DNA from: an uncultured Halieaceae bacterium
GTDB taxonomy: Bacteria; Pseudomonadota; Gammaproteobacteria; Pseudomonadales; Halieaceae
Reading direction: 5' to 3'
Length of the DNA stretch: 64,000 nucleotides
Assembly (NCBI GenBank): GCA_913056165.1
Contig: CAJXMD010000002.1
Coordinates: 7,676 to 71,675 of the forward strand
Shown here: one piece after another, positions 40,730 through 49,488 of the stretch
Position numbering within the stretch: the stretch's first letter is position 1
Layout: every line of letters starts with the position of its first letter
The notes under the pieces: model-generated
Told to the model about the DNA's origin: nothing
The model's database searches: none
The model's input: the letters and a program-made list of their open reading frames with translations, nothing else
Translations under genes and position numbers: made by a program

Positions 40730-41998
40730 TCATTGTCCCGAATTTAACCCGTCGACGGAACTGTCAGGCTCGGTCTGCGCTGATTCAGGACTCGTTAGGC
40801 CGCCAGTACTGCTACCCCTCATATTGGGTTCTTCCCTCTGCAGCTCTCCCATCTCTGCGGCGTAGAGATCCGCCATCAACTCTCGCCACTGGCTGTACTG
40901 ATCCTCGGCGCTACCCGACAGCCGCACGGTACGATCCTCAAGTTCAATGACCCGGGGTGTAATTTCAGCTTGCAGCGACTGCCCAAGCTCTTCGATAGCC
41001 AGGGAATGGATGCTGGACTCCGCCCGTTTTTCCAAGCCGCTCTTCAGCAAATAGCCACCGCCAGCAATGCCCACTGCCCCGGCGGTTCGGGCATAGCTGC
41101 TACTCGAGCCCTGAGCGGCAATACCTGCCACGACGGCCGCGGCGCCGGCAATTAATCGCTGGTTGGCTTCTTGTTGTAGCTCCCTTTGAGCAATCACTTC
41201 GTCATAACTCAGCTTGCGCCATTCTTGGTAGGGCGTATACATCTCTTCCGAGAAACCATCGTAGTGACCCTGCAAGGTGTCCACGAAGACGTAATTTCGC
41301 TGTCGAAGATTGCGCACACGCTCAAGCATGGGGTCATCCTCAGCTGGTAAACGCCTCAATTGATATTCGCCATCCTTGTCCTCTTGAAGATAATCGGCAA
41401 AGGCATTTTCAGCGAATGCTCTTGCGAACCTGAGTTCAGCGACCTGGCGAATCGTTACGCGCTCTTTTGAAGTGGATGCGTTGAACTTGTCGAGCATGTC
41501 ATTGGCAATCAGTCGGTAAACCAGCAGGAAGGGGTCCTGATTCGTGGCAGCGCGTTGGTCATAGGCATAGCGACTGGTTGTGCCCTCGTAGGTCTTGTCA
41601 ATCCAGACTGCTCCGGTGGCGTCTGTGACTATCACAGCTAATGCCAGTCGCTCACCATCACTGTGAGCGATACGCCCGGTGACTAACAGGTCAGTGAACT
41701 GCTTGTCGTCAGGGACGACTCGAACCGCACCCCAGGCGCCGACCCCCTCCAGCACCTGGGCAAGTTCTCTCGCGATAAAGGTAGCCTCCGCTCGACGAAT
41801 TTCGGGATACACCTGATCATCATCAGTCAGGCTGTCGATGCCCGGGTCGAGAATCGCAACCCCCACGTCCAGCACTTCATTTTCTGGCACAAGTTGTTGG
41901 GGTTGCTCCAGCGCAGGCACCGAGGTGCTCTTGACGGTTTGACTGACGCAGCCAGCGAGGACGAGCGCACCGAGCAATATCGTAAGTGTGCGCATCAT
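40730..41998 (-). CDS. Hypothetical lipoprotein with glycine-zipper-like segment
   Basis: Lipobox LAGC; LIAGAAAVVAGIAA...AGAVGIAGGGYLL. Confidence 0.82.
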   Translation of the reverse strand: MMRTLTILLGALVLAGCVSQTVKSTSVPALEQPQQLVPENEVLDVGVAILDPGIDSLTDDDQVYPEIRRAEATFIARELAQVLEGVGAWGAVRVVPDDKQFTDLLVTGRIAHSDGERLALAVIVTDATGAVWIDKTYEGTTSRYAYDQRAATNQDPFLLVYRLIANDMLDKFNASTSKERVTIRQVAELRFARAFAENAFADYLQEDKDGEYQLRRLPAEDDPMLERVRNLRQRNYVFVDTLQGHYDGFSEEMYTPYQEWRKLSYDEVIAQRELQQEANQRLIAGAAAVVAGIAAQGSSSSYARTAGAVGIAGGGYLLKSGLEKRAESSIHSLAIEELGQSLQAEITPRVIELEDRTVRLSGSAEDQYSQWRELMADLYAAEMGELQREEPNMRGSSTGGLTSPESAQTEPDSSVDGLNSGQ

Positions 41999-43128
41999 GA
42001 CTGCGGGATCTCCAATCCTTTGTATTTACGGTATTCATTCCAAAGACGCTCCCGAACCTTGGGATCGGGTTCGCGCATGGCAGCCTCCCGCAGCTGACGG
42101 GCAACGACATCGTCATTGCTGCCATCGGGGATATCGTCAGGGGCCTTATAAATAGCAGGATTATCAGGCGGTGCGCCACCACCCCGTGATGCACCCCCCA
42201 TGCCGCCACCTGTAGAGCTTCCACCCCCCATGGCCACGTCGTCGTTATAGGGATTACGACCGCTGGTGCCGGCGCCGGCGGGCTCGGGTTGCTCGCGCTG
42301 GGCATTTCGGTTGGCACGCTCTCGTGCCTCTTCGCGCTGGCGCTGTTGCTCCTCGAGGATCATCGCATCGAAATCACTGGTGCTTTGTTCCAGCTGGCGA
42401 TCGAGAATGGCCACTTGCTCCGCCGTGGTCATAATGTCGCTACCGCTAGCCACCCCCTCCATGCCGCCATCCGCACGAGTGCCGGGACCGCTGGGGGATG
42501 CATTCTCAGTGCCGGCGGGGGATCCTCCACTCTCGCCATTGCCGCCGTCGGCATCCGCCACCCCGGAGGCTGAGTCGGTGCCATCACCACCGCCGTAGCT
42601 TTCTTCAAAAGTGGGTAGCTCGTCACGCATATCGGGCAGCGCATCAGCCCCCGCGATATCACCGAAACCCGGTTCGCTGCTGTCGCCCATGCTCTCTGAG
42701 CCACTCTCGCTACCAGAGTTCGCGGCTCCCGGATCTTGTGTGCTCGAGCCAGTATCCGCGGTCGGCATACCGCCCTCATCTTGAGTCGATTCCCCGGCCC
42801 CGGAACTTGCAGATGGGGAGGGGAAACCACCTCCGGTCGGCATGGATTGGCCACCGCTGGACCCGCCCGATGACGAAGCGCTTGACTGACTGCCAGATGC
42901 GCTCGAGGAACTGCTACTGGCGCTGCTGCTCGATGAGGAGGATGACGAACTTGAAGAAGGCGATGAGGATGAAGACGAAGACGAGGGCGTTGACGGCGTC
43001 GTCGGCATGCTCGGCGTCGTTGGCGTACTGGCGCTTGGACACCCTGACAACAAAATAAGCACGCCCAACAGAGCGATCATCTTGGTAATCCGGATGGTGA
43101 AGCGGCTATTCATAAAGTCTTCTTTCAT
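41995..43128 (-). CDS. Ser/Gly-rich disordered lipoprotein with short helical C-terminal module
   Basis: Lipobox LSGC, poly-Ser tracts, C-terminal DDVVARQLREAAMREPDP..RERLWNEYRKYK. Confidence 0.8.
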   Translation of the reverse strand: MKEDFMNSRFTIRITKMIALLGVLILLSGCPSASTPTTPSMPTTPSTPSSSSSSSSPSSSSSSSSSSSSASSSSSSASGSQSSASSSGGSSGGQSMPTGGGFPSPSASSGAGESTQDEGGMPTADTGSSTQDPGAANSGSESGSESMGDSSEPGFGDIAGADALPDMRDELPTFEESYGGGDGTDSASGVADADGGNGESGGSPAGTENASPSGPGTRADGGMEGVASGSDIMTTAEQVAILDRQLEQSTSDFDAMILEEQQRQREEARERANRNAQREQPEPAGAGTSGRNPYNDDVAMGGGSSTGGGMGGASRGGGAPPDNPAIYKAPDDIPDGSNDDVVARQLREAAMREPDPKVRERLWNEYRKYKGLEIPQS

Positions 43129-43135
43129 GTCCTTT

Positions 43136-44482
43136 TCAGTCCAGTAACACAGTTTCCGGATCCCAGGCCGTTGCGCTAAAGGACCAGATCAGCCCCTCGG
43201 AAGCCACTGGCTGGGAGCCGTCAAAGCCGGGCCTGAAGCGCGTGTCTTTCAGCGTGCGTACCAGTCGGCGTACGGCTTTGTCGTCCTCAAGTTCGGGACG
43301 CAGCAATTCCTCAAACTCCTTCACCCGCCCCGTTTCGGTGACGCTGAATGACACTGCAAGCGGCCCCTGATCGCTGTTCATGTAGGGGGGTAGGGGATCG
43401 AGGCTCTCAATAGCTGGCAGTGGTACTGGTTGGGCAAAAAATCGCGCCATTAGTTCCGGTTGCTCGCCTCCCTCGATCAGTCCCATCGCGGTTGCGTAGT
43501 GAATTTCCGCCTCTGAAAACTTGCCAAACCACATCGCCCAGTCCCCGAGGGCGACGGTGTCCTGCGCGTGTTGCTCCAGAGATACCTCATTGGCTGTGTC
43601 CAGCTCGAGTAGTGCATTCAACACCGCTACTCCCCGTTTGTAGGCGGTGCTGGTAAGCCCGGCAAGCTGCGCATCACTATCCTTGGATGCCTTGTAATAG
43701 GGGTAGCCACGATGCCCTGCAAAGAGGTACTGGGAGGTCAGCATGCCCATGAGCGGGCGCCGCAACTGAGGCGCCGAGTTGCCGTGGATCTCGATCATCT
43801 CGGTGAGCGCCAAGCGGTAGAGGTCCCAGGTCACCATGAGTCGCCCCATCTGGGTTTCAGGATCCCCGACCCGCATGAGGAAAGCCTGCTGTTGCCACTG
43901 AGCTTGTCGCATCAGGGCCTCTGCGGAGTCTGACCGATTGGCGAGAGAGCGTCGCTCAACGCGGTAGAGATAACGTTGCCGTTCATCGACCTGATCAAAT
44001 TGTCCCATCGCCATGTGACTTCTGATCTCGCTGCGCAGCAGCGCCAGCTGTTCCCCCGAATAAAGGCCATTATTGATGCGGGCGATATGCGCGCCGCGCT
44101 TGAGTACATCGATAGCTTCTTCATGACGATTGAGCTGTTGCAAGGCAGTGCCCAGTCCGAGCAGCTGTTCTGTCATGCCAGGAGAATAGGCACCACCCAG
44201 TCGCTCCTGCGCCTCAATCGCCGCCTGGTATTCGAGGACTAATGACGATTCGGCCACCGGCTCCGGCGAAGGCCTTGCGTCGAGGCTGTTGCGCATGTCG
44301 ATCACGACGGCATCGGCGGGATTGTCAGCGGTGGTTTCCGGGGTGGGCCTTGCGGTTGGATCGGACTCAATCGGGTCGCTGTTCTCTACCTGTGCGACCG
44401 AGCCAATGCTAAGACTGCACAACAGCGCCAGAACAAGCCCGGGGAGGAGGTGTCTAGGTCCTTTTGTTAAGTGTGCGCGCAT
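43136..44482 (-). CDS. Exported TPR-like protein with TonB C-terminal-like domain
   Basis: Signal peptide, TPR-like helices, VSFSVTETGRV...TRFRP...PV TonB_C pattern; probable start ATG 44482. Confidence 0.75.
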   Translation of the reverse strand: MRAHLTKGPRHLLPGLVLALLCSLSIGSVAQVENSDPIESDPTARPTPETTADNPADAVVIDMRNSLDARPSPEPVAESSLVLEYQAAIEAQERLGGAYSPGMTEQLLGLGTALQQLNRHEEAIDVLKRGAHIARINNGLYSGEQLALLRSEIRSHMAMGQFDQVDERQRYLYRVERRSLANRSDSAEALMRQAQWQQQAFLMRVGDPETQMGRLMVTWDLYRLALTEMIEIHGNSAPQLRRPLMGMLTSQYLFAGHRGYPYYKASKDSDAQLAGLTSTAYKRGVAVLNALLELDTANEVSLEQHAQDTVALGDWAMWFGKFSEAEIHYATAMGLIEGGEQPELMARFFAQPVPLPAIESLDPLPPYMNSDQGPLAVSFSVTETGRVKEFEELLRPELEDDKAVRRLVRTLKDTRFRPGFDGSQPVASEGLIWSFSATAWDPETVLLD

Positions 44483-44779
44483 CCAAGCACCCTCATCGCT
44501 ATCGCGGTGATCTCCCAGTATAGCCAGTAGTTGACCCATGAGACCAAGGGAGGTGCGTGGGATAACCCCCGCGCTTGCTATATGATGTCGCGTTTTGCAT
44601 CAGGGCTCTGTCGATCAACACGGACCAGGCGGGGCCAAAACACCCAAATTAGTGGCAGCAACGCGTGTTTTTGGTCGTGCAGTGGCAGCTTTTCAGGGCT
44701 CTCGCAGGGCTTTTGCAGGATGCTTGCGTGACTTACATGGGCACGCGGGAGAGCGGCCCCAATCAAAGGATGGTGGTGA

Positions 44780-45586
44780 GTGGGACAGTTTGAGACAGAT
44801 ACGGCGGTCACAAAAATCGCGGACAACCGTTGGACGGCAACCTGTCAGCGAGGCTGGCGGATCGGCTCGACGATGAATGGGGGATATGTGCTTTCCTTGA
44901 TGGCTCGCGCGCTACGGGAAGCACTGCCCCATCGGGACCCCCTTTCGATTAACGCCTTTTATTTTTCGCCCTGTGTCTTGGGTGAGTGCGAGATCGAGGT
45001 GGAGACTCTCAAGGAAAACCGGGGGACGAGTTTTGGTTCTGCGAGTTTGTTCCAAGATGGTGAGCTGAAGGTGCGAGCCACTGCCGCCTATACGGATATT
45101 GATCGACTTCAGGGCGAAACCTGGATTAACAACACGCCACCTGCGGTGCCTGCGTTTGAGGATTGTGCTCATAGCAGTGCCCATTCTCTGGAGATCCACG
45201 AGCGAGTGGACATGCGATTGATCGAGGGGCAGGGCGTATTCACCGGCGAGCCGCCCTCCAAATCGGGGGAGTTTGTCGCATGGTTGCAGCACCGCGATGG
45301 CGCTGCCAGTGACACTATCGACCTTGCGATGTGGGCTGACATCATGCCGCCACCACCCTTCACTCTGTTTGGTCCTTTCGGTTGGGTGCCGACCATCGAG
45401 CTGACGGTTCAGTGTCGCAAAAAGCCCGCGCCCGGCCCCGTTATCGGGCGACTGACCTCCCGCCATCTCACCAACGGGATTATCGAGTCAGACAGTGATC
45501 TTTGGGACAGCGACGGTCAGCTCATCGGGCTCGCTCGTCAGACCATGAAGGTGAAGTTACCGAGCAACCCTCAATCCCGGAGATGA
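44780..45586 (+). CDS. Acyl-CoA thioesterase family (double hot-dog fold)
   Basis: WRIGSTMNGGY, WVPTIELTV, LWDSDGQLIGLARQ. Confidence 0.88.
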   Translation: MGQFETDTAVTKIADNRWTATCQRGWRIGSTMNGGYVLSLMARALREALPHRDPLSINAFYFSPCVLGECEIEVETLKENRGTSFGSASLFQDGELKVRATAAYTDIDRLQGETWINNTPPAVPAFEDCAHSSAHSLEIHERVDMRLIEGQGVFTGEPPSKSGEFVAWLQHRDGAASDTIDLAMWADIMPPPPFTLFGPFGWVPTIELTVQCRKKPAPGPVIGRLTSRHLTNGIIESDSDLWDSDGQLIGLARQTMKVKLPSNPQSRR

Positions 45587-45622
45587 GCTCTGTAAGCTGG
45601 TTTGTCAAAAGCTGCGGTACGC

Positions 45623-47428
45623 TCAGTGCGTGCTACTAGAGCCTGGAGTAGAGCCTGGAGCTATCACGGAAGCAATCGTGCCTTCTCGTCTTGGATCGAC
45701 ACCACCCAGATAATCGCCCGTTGGTTTTTGGACAACAACGCTGAGCCCTGAGTTTTCGCCCGAGGATTCTTTTACGTTAAACCCTCGCTGGCGCATGGTC
45801 TCCACGAGGGTGGGCGATGCTACCGAAGACTCAATTCGCACACTATCTCCTCGCGCGACGACGTTGGGCAGGTCAACAGCCTGCTGGGGTGTCAGACCCC
45901 AGTCAAGGACCCCAACCAGAGTCTTAAGCGTGTAGGCGAGGATGGAGTTACCGCCTGGCGACCCTGTTGCCATTAAAAAGTCGCCGTCCTCATCAAGCAC
46001 GATGGTCGGTGACATGGATGAGCGAGGGTATTTGCCCGGCGCTGCATGATTCGCGACCAGCTTGCCGTCCTCATCGAGGGGGTCCCGGGCAAAGTCAGTC
46101 AGCTGATTGTTGAGGAACATCCCGCCCACCATGCGCGCCGAGCCAAAAATGCTTTCGACACTGGCGGTCATCGAGACCACATTACCCCGGTGATCGACCA
46201 CTACAAAATGGGTAGTGCCCGCCTGATCGTCTGTGGTATCTGTCCCAAAAGTGGCACCGGCGGTTTTGGTCGGCTCGAAGGCCCAGGGGTCTCCCGGGGT
46301 TACGCTGTCGATCGCTTTTTTTGGATTGATCAGTTTGGCCCGAGTTGCGAGGTAGGTCTTATTGAGCATGCCCTCTAGCGGGACTGGGATCTGACTGACA
46401 TCTGCAACGTATTGATCCCGGTCCGCATACGCCAGCTGCTGCGCTGCGATGATTATCGCCCAGTCGTCGTGACGGTTGCCGGAGGGAAGGGCGGTATGCT
46501 CCAGTAGCCCGAGCATCATGCCTACGCCAATCCAGGATGACGCGGGAGGGGGCCCGCAGACTTTTTGCTGGCGATAGTCGATACATAAGGGCCTTCTTTT
46601 TACGGCTTGATAGCCTGCCATGTCGTCGACGCTCAGGGTGCCGGCCCGGGGCGGCGTGTTGGCTGCCGCCACAATGGCTTGAGCCAGCGGGCCGCGATAA
46701 AAAATATCCGGGTCCTCGGCGATTGTCTCGAGAGTTTTGGCGTAGGCGGGATTGGTCAGTCGGGTACGAGGCTCGCCCGCTTGATCATAAAAATAGTGGT
46801 AGGCATCCATTGGCCCGTCCTCAGGCGTCAGAGGAATCAGGCGTCCGTTATAGCGGCTGACGAAACTCGCGAGCCGTGGTGATACCTCAAAGCCTTCGAG
46901 AGCAAGCTTACGGGCGGGCGCGAACAGCGATGACCAAGGCAGTGTTCCGTGTTCCTTGTGAGCCATTTTGAGCATGGCCAGCACGCCCGGCACGCCGATG
47001 GAGAGCCCACTGTTTTTTGCAGCAAGGAAAGGGAGTGGTGTGCCGGTGTCATCCAAAAACATGGTGGGCGAAGCACCCGCAGGTGCCACCTCGCGCCCGT
47101 CATAAACAGCGAGATCGTTAGTATCACCCGCCAGATGCATCATGAAGCCGCCCCCGCCGAGGCCGGAGCTCTGGGGCTCCACGAGGCTCAGCACCGCTTC
47201 AATGGCAACTGCCGCGTCCACCGATGATCCCCCTTGCTGTAACACCCACTCACCGGCGCGAGTTGCATGTGGGTTGGCGGTTACCACCATGGCCGAGGAA
47301 AGCGCCGGCGCTTCAGGGGCTCCGGCTGCCGTACAGGCTGTGAGTAGCAGGGTACTGCAGATCAGGGTCCGCGCGAGTTCGCGAATGGGATGTATCACGG
47401 CAGGCAGGATACCCTCAGAATTCAGCAT
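45623..47428 (-). CDS. ggt: Gamma-glutamyltransferase family lipoprotein
   Basis: Lipobox LTAC, EPQSSGLGGG, TTHF nucleophile, NNQLTDF, PRSSMSP, GSPGG. Confidence 0.92.
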   Translation of the reverse strand: MLNSEGILPAVIHPIRELARTLICSTLLLTACTAAGAPEAPALSSAMVVTANPHATRAGEWVLQQGGSSVDAAVAIEAVLSLVEPQSSGLGGGGFMMHLAGDTNDLAVYDGREVAPAGASPTMFLDDTGTPLPFLAAKNSGLSIGVPGVLAMLKMAHKEHGTLPWSSLFAPARKLALEGFEVSPRLASFVSRYNGRLIPLTPEDGPMDAYHYFYDQAGEPRTRLTNPAYAKTLETIAEDPDIFYRGPLAQAIVAAANTPPRAGTLSVDDMAGYQAVKRRPLCIDYRQQKVCGPPPASSWIGVGMMLGLLEHTALPSGNRHDDWAIIIAAQQLAYADRDQYVADVSQIPVPLEGMLNKTYLATRAKLINPKKAIDSVTPGDPWAFEPTKTAGATFGTDTTDDQAGTTHFVVVDHRGNVVSMTASVESIFGSARMVGGMFLNNQLTDFARDPLDEDGKLVANHAAPGKYPRSSMSPTIVLDEDGDFLMATGSPGGNSILAYTLKTLVGVLDWGLTPQQAVDLPNVVARGDSVRIESSVASPTLVETMRQRGFNVKESSGENSGLSVVVQKPTGDYLGGVDPRREGTIASVIAPGSTPGSSSTH

Positions 47429-47477
47429 TGCATTTATCCCTAGTGTTCAATGACGGTTGGCCCAGTCTCAACGCCGA

Positions 47478-49343
47478 TCAATACGCGACGAATCCGCCGG
47501 GGAGACGCATATCCGCAAATCCTTCTCGCCAATCACTGTTCATGCGAATGGAGATGACGCGGCCAAGACTTTCATCGGCAGTTTTCAGGCGATGGCCCCG
47601 CGCTTCAAGTAATTTTATTGTGTCTGGACTGATACCCGCCTCGACTTTTACTTCATCGGGCATCCACTGATGGTGTACCCGCGGCGCGGCAATTGCCTCG
47701 GCCGCATTCATATCAAACACAATCGTATTGAGTATTGTCTGCAGAACACTGGTGATGATCACCGACCCGCCAGGGCTACCGGTGGCGAGTAGCGGGTAGC
47801 CGTTCTTGAGCACCATAGTGGGTGACATGGAAGACAGGGGCCGGCGACCCGGTGCTACTGCATTAGCCTCGCCCTGAAGAAGGCCATAGGCGTTGGGAAA
47901 GCCGGGGCGTGCGGCAAAGTCGTCCATTTCATTGTTCATAAGAATGCCCGTGCCGGGGATGACGATGTGGGATCCGTAGCTAAAGTTGAGGGTGTAGGTA
48001 TTTGAGACAACGTTACCGTCCCTGTCGACCACGTTGAAGTGCGTGGTATCGGTGCTCTCTTTGCTGGTTACTTCCCCCGGCCCAATGACCGCTGAGGGCG
48101 TTGCGGTCTCGCTATCGATCAGCTGTCTCCGTTTGTCTGCGTATGTCTTGCTGATGAGTTCCTTAGCTGGGATAGGTGTTTGATCCGGGTCGCCAAGATG
48201 CTTGCTTCTGTCAGCGTAGGCTAGCTTCATGCTCTCAATAAGGTGGTGCAGGTAGCTTGCCGAGTTATGTCCCATGGCCTCCAGTGGATAGGGTGCCAGC
48301 AGATTGAGCATCTGGATGAGATGGATGCCACCGGATGAGGGCGGTGCCGCGGAGATGATGTCATGGCCGCGAAAACGGCCCCTGACAGGAGCACGTTCAA
48401 CCGGTTGATAGGCGGCGAGATCGGCCGTAGTAATGAGCCCGCCATTCGCCGCCATATCGTCGGCGATAAGTGCCGCCGTTTCACCGCGATAGAAGCCGTC
48501 CCTTCCCTTATCCCGGATACGTCTTAGCGTGGCGGCGAGCTCGGGTTGTTTAAACAGGCTTCCCACTGGCGTGACAGTCTGCTCTGGGGTGAAAAACACC
48601 GCGCGGGTGGCGGGAACCTGCATCAGGTGATCGGCGGCGCTCATGATGTCGGCAAACAAATCTGCAGGCATGGGAAAGCCGTTTTCCGCAAGATCAATGG
48701 CGGGCTGTATCACCTGTTCTAGCGGTAGCGTGCCGTAGGCTTCCAGCGCATGGATGAGCCCGGCAACGGTTCCGGGAACCCCGGAGGCGGAATGGCTGAA
48801 ATAAGCCATGTCTTCGTTGACCGACCCATCGTCGTTGAGAAACATATCGCGGGTAGCGCGCTGAGGGGCCATCTCCCGATAGTCGATAAAAACCTGACGA
48901 TCTTCCGCTGCCAGGTGCAGTAGCATAAAACCACCGCCGCCGAGATTGCCTGCCCGCGGCAGTGTCACCGCGAGGGCAAAGCCAGTCGCGACCGCCGCGT
49001 CAACGGCGTTACCCCCGGCCTTAAGCATGCTGAGACCCGCTTCGCTGGCAAGCCTTTCCGGACCCACCACCATGTCTCCCACGGTGATAGGAGGGACAAA
49101 GCGCGAGCCCAAATCGATGACAGGAGCGCTTGCTGTGTTCAACCCGATCACAGACGGTTGAGCCCAGGGCAGCGGTGAAGTCAGGAGCAAAGAGACACAG
49201 AGTCCCTTTACAAAGAGTTCTCTTATAGAGAGTTCCTTTTCAGAGACTCCCTTAAAGAGTCCCTTGAGAGGTGCCGGGAGCCAGCACCAGCAGCTCGAAA
49301 TCAGCGCGTTCACTTGATGGCGGAGAAAACAGGGGGGGAACAT
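47478..49343 (-). CDS. ggt: Gamma-glutamyltransferase
   Basis: GGNAVDAA, DYRE, TTHF, NNEMDDF, PLSSMSP, GSPGG; start uncertain. Confidence 0.93.
   Translation of the reverse strand: MFPPCFLRHQVNALISSCWCWLPAPLKGLFKGVSEKELSIRELFVKGLCVSLLLTSPLPWAQPSVIGLNTASAPVIDLGSRFVPPITVGDMVVGPERLASEAGLSMLKAGGNAVDAAVATGFALAVTLPRAGNLGGGGFMLLHLAAEDRQVFIDYREMAPQRATRDMFLNDDGSVNEDMAYFSHSASGVPGTVAGLIHALEAYGTLPLEQVIQPAIDLAENGFPMPADLFADIMSAADHLMQVPATRAVFFTPEQTVTPVGSLFKQPELAATLRRIRDKGRDGFYRGETAALIADDMAANGGLITTADLAAYQPVERAPVRGRFRGHDIISAAPPSSGGIHLIQMLNLLAPYPLEAMGHNSASYLHHLIESMKLAYADRSKHLGDPDQTPIPAKELISKTYADKRRQLIDSETATPSAVIGPGEVTSKESTDTTHFNVVDRDGNVVSNTYTLNFSYGSHIVIPGTGILMNNEMDDFAARPGFPNAYGLLQGEANAVAPGRRPLSSMSPTMVLKNGYPLLATGSPGGSVIITSVLQTILNTIVFDMNAAEAIAAPRVHHQWMPDEVKVEAGISPDTIKLLEARGHRLKTADESLGRVISIRMNSDWREGFADMRLPGGFVAY
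49199..49267. repeat. Five imperfect tandem repeats (15,15,15,12,12 nt), core AGAGTYCYTT
   Basis: AGAGTCCCTTTACAA AGAGTTCTCTTATAG AGAGTTCCTTTTCAG AGACTCCCTTAA AGAGTCCCTTGA. Confidence 0.65.
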
Positions 49344-49488
49344 AAAAAAGTGGGGCCCGTTATCGACAGGGGCGCCAAAATACCTTGGCTTTGTATCCGG
49401 CGCCAGTGTTTATCGACCCTTTGTTATGGTTGGCAGTGGCAGCACCGCGTTACACTCCATCAACAGTAAGCGACGAGGGCACCAGCGG

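Noticed and set aside
42890-43030. Poly-Ser DNA as a phase-variable microsatellite
   Set aside because: Mixed TCN/AGC codons with no perfect nucleotide repeat; the low complexity is at the protein level.
45638-45661. 12-nt tandem repeat at the 3' end of ggt
   Set aside because: Two copies only, encoding a disordered PGST/PGSS tail; trivial.
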